From IMG/VR virus record IMGVR_UViG_3300017987_000009, positions 27,589 through 91,588 of that record: 64,000 nt of DNA. One strand, written 5' to 3'. Below the pieces are notes generated by a model. That model ran no database searches and was not told the origin of the DNA. It was given only the letters and a program-made list of their open reading frames with translations. This stretch comes from a virus. Shown here piece by piece: positions 56,596 to 64,000 of the stretch. Both the position numbers and the translations under genes were made by a program. The stretch's first letter is position 1. Each line of letters begins with the position of its first letter.

Positions 56596-59500
56596 GTGTT
56601 CCGGGCGCAGCACATCGACCTGCTGTACGACGGCCTGCACGCGGCGGACGACATCGTGTTCAAGGCGCTGAGGGTCGACGAGCAGGCGCAGACCGCCGCG
56701 ATCGAGACGAGGCTGCGGCGGTTCGTCGCCGCGCAGTGGGCCGACCTCGCGCGGCAGGCGGCGCGACAGGCGTCCGAGATGCTGGCGCGCGGGCCCGGCG
56801 ACACGGTCCGCGCCGGCGACGTCGGCCGCGCGCTGGCCGTGGTCGACCGGACGATGGAGCAGTGGCCAGGGCGCGTGACCGACAGGTTCCTTGCCGACAT
56901 GCGCGAGGCCTACCGCCTCGCCCGCCAGTCGGGCTTCGACAGGGCGATGCGCACGGTGGAAGCCGAGCTGCGGTACGACACGCCCAAGCTCCCCGACCAG
57001 ACAGTCGAGAAGTACGTGCCGAAGAAGCCGATGCAGGCGACGGTCAAGGTCTCGTTCGACCTTGTCGACGAGGCGGCGCTCGACGCGTTCGACGACCACC
57101 AGGTGTTCTGGATCGGCCAGCACTACAAGGGCAACGTCTCGCCGACGATCGCGGCCGCGGCGAAGGAACAGGTCAAGGCGGGGATGGGCCGCGTCGCCGC
57201 CGGCAAGGAGATGCGGAAGCTGGTCGAGGCGGGCCTCGCCAACGTCTCGGTGCCTGGCGGGTTCCGCGGCACGGCGACCTCGTACTTCGAGGGGCTTGTC
57301 GCCAACGCCACGACGGTCGCGCGCGCGACCGGCCACCTGCGATCGTTCGAGAAGGTCGGGCACAACAAGTACACCGTCGTCAACCCCGGCGACCACCGGA
57401 CCTGCGAGACGTGCAACCTCCTGGACGGCAAGGAGTTCTACACCAAGGACGGCGCCGCGCTGGTGGGCAAGGTCGTCGGCGCGAAGTCCCCGCTGGGCGT
57501 CAAGAAGGTCCAGCCGTTCCTGGCGCCGGCCAAGGCCCGCGCGCTGACCGGCGGCAAGGTCGGGCCCGCCGGCCCTGAGAAGACCGGCGCGCTGGTCAAG
57601 TCGGGCAACGCGCTGCCGCCGTTCCACCTCAAGTGCCGGTGCGACGTCGACATCACGAAGGACGAGATGCTGCTGCCGTTCGAGACGGACATCGGCGGCG
57701 GGCCGAAGGTGCAGACGCCGGTGTTCAGCCCCGCGCTCCTCGAGTCCAAGGCGAAGCAGCTCGCGAAGCCCAAGAAGGTGCCGAAGCCGACGCCGAAGCC
57801 GAAGGCCGCGCCCGTCATGGAGAAGCCGCCACCGCCGACCGCGCCGGTCAGCCCCGAGGACAGCGTCGCCGTCGTCGGCAAGTCGGAGTTCCCCTGGGAG
57901 GCGAGACAGCTGAAGCGGACGAGCAGGGTCTTCGAGGGCGCGCACCGCAAGTGGTCGTACAAGGCGCCCGACGGGAGCGAGTGGCTGTTCAAGCCGGTCA
58001 GCGAGGAGTTCCGCGCGTACGGCGACGAGGTCGCGTACCGGCTCGGCAGGGAGCTGCAGGTGCCGCAAGCCAGGCTGCACGTCGTCACGATCGACGGGCA
58101 GACGGGCTCGATCCAGCGGCTGTTCAAGAACGTGACCGGCGACCTCAAGGCCGGCGGCGGCGTCCCGATCGAGTCGCTGACCAAGCGGCAGGCCGCGATA
58201 GTCCAGCGGGAGCACGCGTTCGACTGGCTGATCGGCAACCACGACGGCCACGGCAAGAACCTCCTCCTGATGAAGGACGGCGAGATCCGCGGCATCGACA
58301 AGGGCCAGCTGTTCAAGTTCTACGACAAGGACAAGATCGCCTTCACGTACAACCCGAACAAGGCCGGCTTCGGCGAGGTCTCGTACTACAACCAGCAGTT
58401 CGAGCGGTACGCGAAGGGCGAGATCCGCCCTTCCTGGGGACTCGACTTCAACGTGGGCGAACTGCAGGGGTTCCTGAAGCGGGTTGAGGACATGCCGGAG
58501 GAGGACTTCCTCGCGATGCTCCGGCCGTACAGCTCGCGCGCGGCGAAGTCGAAGGTCGGGCCGTTCGCCAAGTGGAGCGAGAAGCGGTTCCTCGACGCGG
58601 CGCTAAGGCGGAAGCGCGGCCTGCGCAAGACGCTCGAGAAGTTCTACGACGACCTCGAGAAGGCCAGGCGCGAGGCGGCGCCCGCCGTGCGCGAGGTCGC
58701 CGAGGCGGCGCCGGGCAAGGCGGTCACGCCGGTCAACGCGGAGCTAGTGCGCGACGTGCGCAAGGCGGGCTGGGCCGGCAAGGCGGTGCACGTCGCCGGC
58801 GAGGACTACGAGGGGATGCAGTTCCTGACGTACGGCACGAACCGGCGGACGATCCTCGAGACGAAGCTGCGGCCGGTCGGCGACGAGAAGCTCCTCGCCT
58901 TCGCGCGCCGCGCGCTGGGCTCGGAGGTGCAGTCGTCCGCCGACGAGGCGTGGGCCGGCATAGAGCGCACGATGAAGTCTATCAACTTCCACCTCGGGCC
59001 CGGGGGCGACGGGAAGCTGCCGAAGGACACGAAGAAGTGGATCAAGTACCTGTCGGAGAGCTACGTCAAGATGCCGGAGGGCCAGGTCTCCGCCGGCAGC
59101 CTTGAGCAGTTCAGGTACTACAAGAAGGAGCTGTCGCGAGTCATCGGCTCCAACAACAACGTGAAGAAGGCTGGCGTCGGGTACCGTATCCAGAAGTGGA
59201 AGGCGCGGCCGCAGAAGATCGCGAACCTGCCGGCTGGCGCGCCGAAGGTGACGCGCGTGTCGACGTTCGACGAGGGCGCGAAGGCGCTGCGCGCCGGCGA
59301 GATATTCGAGGAGGCCGGCGTCGGCAACCAGTTCAGCGGCGAGGTGTACGAGATCGACTTCGGCAAGGGGGTCAAGGCCGTGTACGTCCGGCACGGCGAC
59401 GGCAACAAGTTCAGCAAGCAGGGCAAGCTGCGGCTCGTCGTCGAGAAGGGCGTGGACAAGGTCGCGGCGAGGGACATCCAGAACGCCGTCGACCAGCTGG

Positions 59501-60342
59501 AGAGGCTGGGACTCGGGTCGAAGCTGGCCGACAAGGACGACCTCGAGCTGCTGTACCTGGTCAAGGTCGCGCGCGCCGCCGGGCACGAGAAGGCCGGCAA
59601 GGCGGCGTTCTTGTTCAACCCGGCCGAGTCCACGCAGAAGAACATCAAGCGGATGAAGGCCGCGTGGGAGAAGAGCCTGAAGAAGAAATTGACCAAGGCG
59701 GCCGGCTACGAGCCGATCCCGACGTCGGAGTTCCTCGACGGCACCGGCTGGAACCGCTGGTACCGGTTCGACGTCGACGTCGACAAGCTGATCAAGGACG
59801 ACGTCGGCCTGTACCACAGCCTGTACGGAGGCGGAACCGACGGGCTCGAGGCGATCCTGAAGGGCAAGACCGGCGCCCTCATCTCCACGGAGGAGAAGTA
59901 CCGGATCGGCATAGTGCCGAAGGGCCTGTCGCCCGGGCGGGACCAGAGCACCGGCGGCGCAAGCTTCACGTTCACCCGGCTGCGCACGTCGGAGAACGCG
60001 GAGGGCGCGCTGCGTTTTCACCCGGGGATCCTGCGCGACCCGGACGCGATCGTCTACCGCTCTGACGAGTTCGGCAACGTGAAGGAGTCCGTCATCAACT
60101 ACAAGCGCCAGTTCGGCCAGGCCAAGATAGCGGACATCGCGAAGCGCGGCCGCGCTAACAACGAGACCATATTCAAGAACTCGATCAGTCTCGAGCGGTG
60201 GCTAGACGAGGTGAAGGTGACGAACGAGTGGGAGCGCAGGCGCGTCGTCGGCTGGTTCAAGGACGCCGGCATCACGCGGGTAGGGCCGAACCGCAAGCCG
60301 ATCGAGGACGCTGTCGTGACTACGCGCACGAGGCTGAAGTGA
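56596..60342 (+). CDS. MuF/SPP1-gp7-like head protein with long C-terminal extension (kinase-like + unknown effector domain)
   Basis: After portal; DHRTCETC...LDGKEF and PPFHLKCRC MuF motifs; Pro/Lys linker; WLFKP...EVAYRL...GSIQ...FDWLIGNHDGHGKN...GIDKG kinase-like motifs. Confidence 0.85.
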   Translation: MFRAQHIDLLYDGLHAADDIVFKALRVDEQAQTAAIETRLRRFVAAQWADLARQAARQASEMLARGPGDTVRAGDVGRALAVVDRTMEQWPGRVTDRFLADMREAYRLARQSGFDRAMRTVEAELRYDTPKLPDQTVEKYVPKKPMQATVKVSFDLVDEAALDAFDDHQVFWIGQHYKGNVSPTIAAAAKEQVKAGMGRVAAGKEMRKLVEAGLANVSVPGGFRGTATSYFEGLVANATTVARATGHLRSFEKVGHNKYTVVNPGDHRTCETCNLLDGKEFYTKDGAALVGKVVGAKSPLGVKKVQPFLAPAKARALTGGKVGPAGPEKTGALVKSGNALPPFHLKCRCDVDITKDEMLLPFETDIGGGPKVQTPVFSPALLESKAKQLAKPKKVPKPTPKPKAAPVMEKPPPPTAPVSPEDSVAVVGKSEFPWEARQLKRTSRVFEGAHRKWSYKAPDGSEWLFKPVSEEFRAYGDEVAYRLGRELQVPQARLHVVTIDGQTGSIQRLFKNVTGDLKAGGGVPIESLTKRQAAIVQREHAFDWLIGNHDGHGKNLLLMKDGEIRGIDKGQLFKFYDKDKIAFTYNPNKAGFGEVSYYNQQFERYAKGEIRPSWGLDFNVGELQGFLKRVEDMPEEDFLAMLRPYSSRAAKSKVGPFAKWSEKRFLDAALRRKRGLRKTLEKFYDDLEKARREAAPAVREVAEAAPGKAVTPVNAELVRDVRKAGWAGKAVHVAGEDYEGMQFLTYGTNRRTILETKLRPVGDEKLLAFARRALGSEVQSSADEAWAGIERTMKSINFHLGPGGDGKLPKDTKKWIKYLSESYVKMPEGQVSAGSLEQFRYYKKELSRVIGSNNNVKKAGVGYRIQKWKARPQKIANLPAGAPKVTRVSTFDEGAKALRAGEIFEEAGVGNQFSGEVYEIDFGKGVKAVYVRHGDGNKFSKQGKLRLVVEKGVDKVAARDIQNAVDQLERLGLGSKLADKDDLELLYLVKVARAAGHEKAGKAAFLFNPAESTQKNIKRMKAAWEKSLKKKLTKAAGYEPIPTSEFLDGTGWNRWYRFDVDVDKLIKDDVGLYHSLYGGGTDGLEAILKGKTGALISTEEKYRIGIVPKGLSPGRDQSTGGASFTFTRLRTSENAEGALRFHPGILRDPDAIVYRSDEFGNVKESVINYKRQFGQAKIADIAKRGRANNETIFKNSISLERWLDEVKVTNEWERRRVVGWFKDAGITRVGPNRKPIEDAVVTTRTRLK

Positions 60343-60352
60343 GGAGGGACCG

Positions 60353-61102
60353 GTGCCAGACCTGACTAGCTTGAGGGACTTCATTGCCGACCTCGGCGTT
60401 GTCGCCGTGTCGGAGGAGTGGTACGACAGACACGGACTGCGCCGCGACCCGCCCGGGTCGATCTCCTGGGTGCCGGTTGTCAACTACATATCGCAGGGCG
60501 ACGTGTTCGCCTACGTCGGCACCAGCGACGGCCTGCCGCATGCGGTGTGGGTGGAGCGCGTCGACCGCGACGGCGACGAGTGGGTGCTGCGTGTCGCGCC
60601 CGACGAGGACGCCGGCGAGCGGCTCGTCGTGCGGGTGTCGCCGCCGGAGCCGGGCCACCGCGACGAGGCGAAGGCCTGGATCGAGCTGCGCGACGAGGGC
60701 GGAGTCGGGACCGAGCTGAAGGCGTTGCACGAGGACTTGACAGCCAACCCGCCGCGCAAGCCGAGGCTCGGCCCGGAGCGCAAGTACCGGGCGGTCCTGG
60801 TCCACGCGATGCGCAACGACACCGGCGAGCTGTTCACGGCCGGCGCGATCGCGTACGGGCACGGCGAGATCGTCGCCGAGGCGTACCCTGGCGTCGAGTC
60901 CGTCGCCGACATGTGGAACAGGAGGATCGGGCTCGCTACCGTGCGGCCCGAGGAGTTCGTAGGGAACTGGCTCGAGCGCGTCAACGGGATCACCGAGGAG
61001 CTGTCGCCGGTGTTCGAGACGGCCGGCGTCGACGCGAGGGACGCGGCGCGGGCTGCGCTCGCCGGGGCGAACGCGAGGCGCGACATGGTAATCAGCGTGT
61101 GA
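60353..61102 (+). CDS. Hypothetical acidic protein, candidate immunity partner of the MuF effector
   Basis: Directly downstream of MuF with GAGGAGG RBS; role inferred from position only. Confidence 0.5.
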   Translation: MPDLTSLRDFIADLGVVAVSEEWYDRHGLRRDPPGSISWVPVVNYISQGDVFAYVGTSDGLPHAVWVERVDRDGDEWVLRVAPDEDAGERLVVRVSPPEPGHRDEAKAWIELRDEGGVGTELKALHEDLTANPPRKPRLGPERKYRAVLVHAMRNDTGELFTAGAIAYGHGEIVAEAYPGVESVADMWNRRIGLATVRPEEFVGNWLERVNGITEELSPVFETAGVDARDAARAALAGANARRDMVISV

Positions 61103-61113
61103 GGAGGACCGAC

Positions 61114-62691
61114 ATGGCCGACACCAACGCACAGAAGGCGATAACCTCCGGGGCCGGCGGGAAGCTCGAGCCGGCGCAGGGCCTGCCCGGCCGACGACGC
61201 CGCCGGCCGCGGCCGCGCGTCGCCGCCCCGTCGCCGAAGCCGATCGAGGCCAAGACCGAGGAGATCCCGGCCGACGGGCTGGTCGTGACGCCGCCCAAGC
61301 TCGCCAAGGCCATCGTCGCCGGCGAGGCGACGATGCTAGTCAAGTCTCGCCCGCTCGACGTGCCGGCCGGCGAGTACGTGCTGCTCAGCCTGCGGCGGGC
61401 GGTCGGCGTCGTGAAGGTCGGCGAGCGCGTCGAGCTGACCGACGAGCAGTTCGCCCAGCGCGAGGCGGAGCACGGCATCTCTGCGGCGGACCGCGAGGAG
61501 TGGGCGGAGGCGCAGCCGTCGTGGAGCGAGGGCCCGCTGTGGGCGTGGCCCGTCAAGCTGGTCGAGAAGTTCGACGAGCCCAGGGCGACCGACGCGGAGC
61601 CCGGCGCCCATACCGTGGTGCGCGGCGTCGAGGTCGAGCAGGTCGAGAAGATCCAGGACGTCGAGACATACGACCCGAAGGACGCGAGCGACGCCGTCCT
61701 GCGAGACGACTTCCGGATCCTGCTCGCGTGGTACGCGTCGTGGAAGAAGGACCCCGAGGGGTTCGAGCATGGCCTCGAGACGATCGAGACGCTGCTCCGC
61801 AAGGTGCTGAAGGAGCTCGTGCGCCGCGGCAAGGACGTGATCCAGTTCAACCCCCGTGGGATGAAGTCGAGCGTGCGGCAGTTCTTCCTGCAGGTCGCGC
61901 GCGACGTGAAGGTCCCGGAGGAGATGTTCAAGGCGCTCGGCCTCGAGACCGGCACCGACCCCGAGGGGCTGACCGATGCCGAGCTGGTCGCCGCGCACTG
62001 GGACCTGCACCAGATGTACGACAGGGAGCGGTGGACGCAGACGGGCGTGAAGGGCTGGAGCACGGAGGACATCGTCAACCTCCACGCGCGCGTCGTCGAC
62101 GAGCTGCTTGAGCGGAGCAAGGTCGAGCACCCGCCGCCGCCGGACAACGGGCTCGACGAGCTCAGCGCCGACTTTGAGCGGAACGCCGAGAAGCAGCCGG
62201 CTTACCACAAGCGGCCGACCGAGAAGGCGGAGCGGGAGTACGCGACGATCCACCGGTCGGGCGTGAAGCGAGGCGAGAAGATAACGCTGGCCGACGTGCT
62301 GCCGCACCTCAAGACCTTCAAGGCCCGCAAGCCGTACGTCTACCTGGTTGGCGGGCTTGCGAACCACGGCGAGACTGAGGGCGACGTCGACATCCTGGTC
62401 AACGACATGGAGGACGCGCCCGACTGGCTGAAGGACGTGATTCACTTCCGGCTCGGCCGCTCGCTGCCCGGCGAGATCGCTGAGCGGCTGGACATCCACT
62501 TCGACCGCGACCGCGGGCCGTTCACCAACTTCGTCGAGCTGTACGACCTGGTGCTGGAGAGGGTGAACCTCGAGGACGAGGTCAAGCTGATGGCCGTCGG
62601 CGAGAAGCGGAGCGAGAAGGACCCGCCTAACCTGCTGCGGTCGATCGAGGAGCTCGGCGCCTTCGTTCGACGAGGGACAGCCGGTGCCTGA
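61114..62691 (+). CDS. Multidomain protein: ASCH/PUA-like N-terminus, helical middle, C-terminal pol-beta-type nucleotidyltransferase
   Basis: AIVAGEATMLVKSR...LWAWPV; VYLVGGLANHGETEGDVDILV (hG[G/S]..DxD); start ATG 61114 after GAGGAGG. Confidence 0.65.
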   Translation: MADTNAQKAITSGAGGKLEPAQGLPGRRRRRPRPRVAAPSPKPIEAKTEEIPADGLVVTPPKLAKAIVAGEATMLVKSRPLDVPAGEYVLLSLRRAVGVVKVGERVELTDEQFAQREAEHGISAADREEWAEAQPSWSEGPLWAWPVKLVEKFDEPRATDAEPGAHTVVRGVEVEQVEKIQDVETYDPKDASDAVLRDDFRILLAWYASWKKDPEGFEHGLETIETLLRKVLKELVRRGKDVIQFNPRGMKSSVRQFFLQVARDVKVPEEMFKALGLETGTDPEGLTDAELVAAHWDLHQMYDRERWTQTGVKGWSTEDIVNLHARVVDELLERSKVEHPPPPDNGLDELSADFERNAEKQPAYHKRPTEKAEREYATIHRSGVKRGEKITLADVLPHLKTFKARKPYVYLVGGLANHGETEGDVDILVNDMEDAPDWLKDVIHFRLGRSLPGEIAERLDIHFDRDRGPFTNFVELYDLVLERVNLEDEVKLMAVGEKRSEKDPPNLLRSIEELGAFVRRGTAGA

Positions 62692-63064
62692 GAAGCTGCC
62701 GCAGCTCGCGCTTGTCGCGCTTTGTGTCGTGCTCCCACAGGACGACGACGGACCAGCCCGCCTGCCGGAGCTGGCGCGTGACGCGGCGGTCGCGCCTGCG
62801 GTTGTTCGCCAACTTGAGGGTCCAGAAGTCGCGGTTCGACTTCGGGAGGCGGTAGTGCCGCGGGCACCCGCGCCAGAAGCAGCCGTGGACGAAGACGGCG
62901 ACACGGCGCCTCGGAAGCGCGAAGTCTGGCCGCCCGGGCAGGTCCGGCGAGTTCCGGGTCGGCCGGAAGCCAAGCGAGCGCAGGGCGGCGTCCACGGCCA
63001 GCTCCGGGGCGAGCCGGTCGCCGCGGATCCGGGCCATCAGCCGGGACCGCTCCTCGCGGGTCAC
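62627..63064 (-). CDS. vsr: Very-short-patch repair endonuclease Vsr (start uncertain)
   Basis: ERSRLMARIR...PE...LPGRPDF...AVFVHGCFWRGC...PKSN..FW..KL..N..RD...L...GW....WE; the only clear minus-strand gene. Confidence 0.88.
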   Translation of the reverse strand: MTREERSRLMARIRGDRLAPELAVDAALRSLGFRPTRNSPDLPGRPDFALPRRRVAVFVHGCFWRGCPRHYRLPKSNRDFWTLKLANNRRRDRRVTRQLRQAGWSVVVLWEHDTKRDKRELRQLLRHRLSLVERRRRAPRSTAAG

Positions 63065-63296
63065 GGTGCGCCTCCGGGGCGCCCGGAAGGCGCCGGCGCG
63101 GAAACCGGCCCGGCCGGACGGCCGATTTGGCGCCTCGGGCGCCCATATCGCGCCCGTGTCCGCCGGGAGGCGCCGGGCCCGCCGGTTTGGCTTGCCCCGG
63201 AAACCGGGGGCGACACGGGCGGTTCTGGGACGAAACTCGACACGGGCCACGATTATGCCCGTACTGTGACTTGAAGTACACGCGACGGAGGACGAG

Positions 63297-64000
63297 ATGG
63301 GACGGAAGACGATTGACGTGTTCTGCGGGATCGGCGGCCTGACGCTGGGCTTCGAGCGTGGCGCCGGGACCGAGACAGTCGTGGCGATGGAGGCCGAGAT
63401 CCACGCGGCGCGGACCTTCGCCTTGAACCACTCGAAGACGGCCCTCCTGTTCGGGGACTGCCGGAGGTACGCGCCAGCCTCGATCAAGGAGAACGTCGGC
63501 GACGTCGAGGGCGTGGTCGGCGAGGTGCCGTGCGAGCCGTTCTCCCGGGCTCGCCGCCTGGACTACTCGCGCACCGACCCGCGGCGGAACCTGATCAACT
63601 ACGCGCTGAAGCTGGTTTCGACTTTCCAGCCGAAGTTCTTCTGCTTCGAGAACGTGTGGGGCGCGCCGGACAGCCCGTCGTGGAAGAAAGCGCGCTCGCG
63701 GATCTCGAAGGCCGGCTACGGCGTGAACGTGTGGAAGCTGAACGCCGCGGAGCACGGGTCGCCGCAGGCCCGCAAGCGCGCGTTTCTAGTCGGCGTGAAG
63801 GGGTACACCGGCGAGCTCGCGCCGCCGGCCGCCGTCGACGGCGCGCAGAAGTCCGTGACCGACGCGTGGAAGGGTCTCGGCGAGCCGAAGGAGGGCGGCG
63901 ACCCGATGCACCCGCCGATGAAGGACTTGCCGACCAACGTCAAGAACGCGATCAAGAAGGGGAAGCCCGGCGACGGGCTGGCGAACCACGTGCCCGCTGC
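63297..64000 (+). CDS. DNA (cytosine-5) methyltransferase, runs off the window end (not in ORF track)
   Basis: Translation from ATG 63297 gives IDVFCGIGG (motif I), VPCEPFS (IV), FENV (VI), PQARKRAF (VIII); GGAGG RBS. Confidence 0.92.
   Translation, partial: MGRKTIDVFCGIGGLTLGFERGAGTETVVAMEAEIHAARTFALNHSKTALLFGDCRRYAPASIKENVGDVEGVVGEVPCEPFSRARRLDYSRTDPRRNLINYALKLVSTFQPKFFCFENVWGAPDSPSWKKARSRISKAGYGVNVWKLNAAEHGSPQARKRAFLVGVKGYTGELAPPAAVDGAQKSVTDAWKGLGEPKEGGDPMHPPMKDLPTNVKNAIKKGKPGDGLANHVPA

Noticed and set aside
707-62973. Many long minus-strand and alternate-frame ORFs (e.g. 2684-4903, 44049-46106, 55714-58251, 55086-57578)
   Set aside because: Shadow ORFs expected in ~70% GC DNA; R/P/A-rich, no motifs, overlapping well-supported genes. 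Only 8013-8768 and vsr show real domain motifs.

Overview
A 64-kb segment of a very GC-rich tailed phage genome (contractile-tail type, host unknown), with almost every gene on the + strand. Order: baseplate/tail fibre (1-5.0 kb); lysis (5.0-7.0 kb); replication/recombination block with intein-containing SF2 helicase, initiator with a likely internal origin, DnaC-like loader, DnaB, primase, GIY-YIG endonuclease, DnaE, HU/IHF-like protein, SSB-like protein, RecA, fused SbcD-SbcC, RuvC-like resolvase and family-4 UDG (7-31 kb); small accessory genes including SpeD (31-39 kb); a 1.6-kb non-coding region; a probable early operon with amidoligase, tandem GGCT, serine recombinase, TOPRIM nuclease and MT-A70 methylase (40.7-51.6 kb); and terminase, portal, MuF head protein and Vsr/Dcm (51.7-64 kb). 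Three features stand out. (1) A 341-aa intein in the helicase DExH motif has no in-frame endonuclease; a zinc-finger/DUF559 nuclease is overprinted in the +1 frame with its own Shine-Dalgarno. (2) The spacers of the early operon hold two type-II hammerhead ribozymes, a tRNA-like minihelix, a long hairpin and two related pseudoknot-like motifs, each just upstream of a shared GACAAGGAG(G) ribosome-binding motif. (3) A 1248-aa MuF head protein carries a kinase-like domain plus a second putative effector domain and is followed by a candidate immunity gene. All calls come from motif reading by eye; no searches were run.
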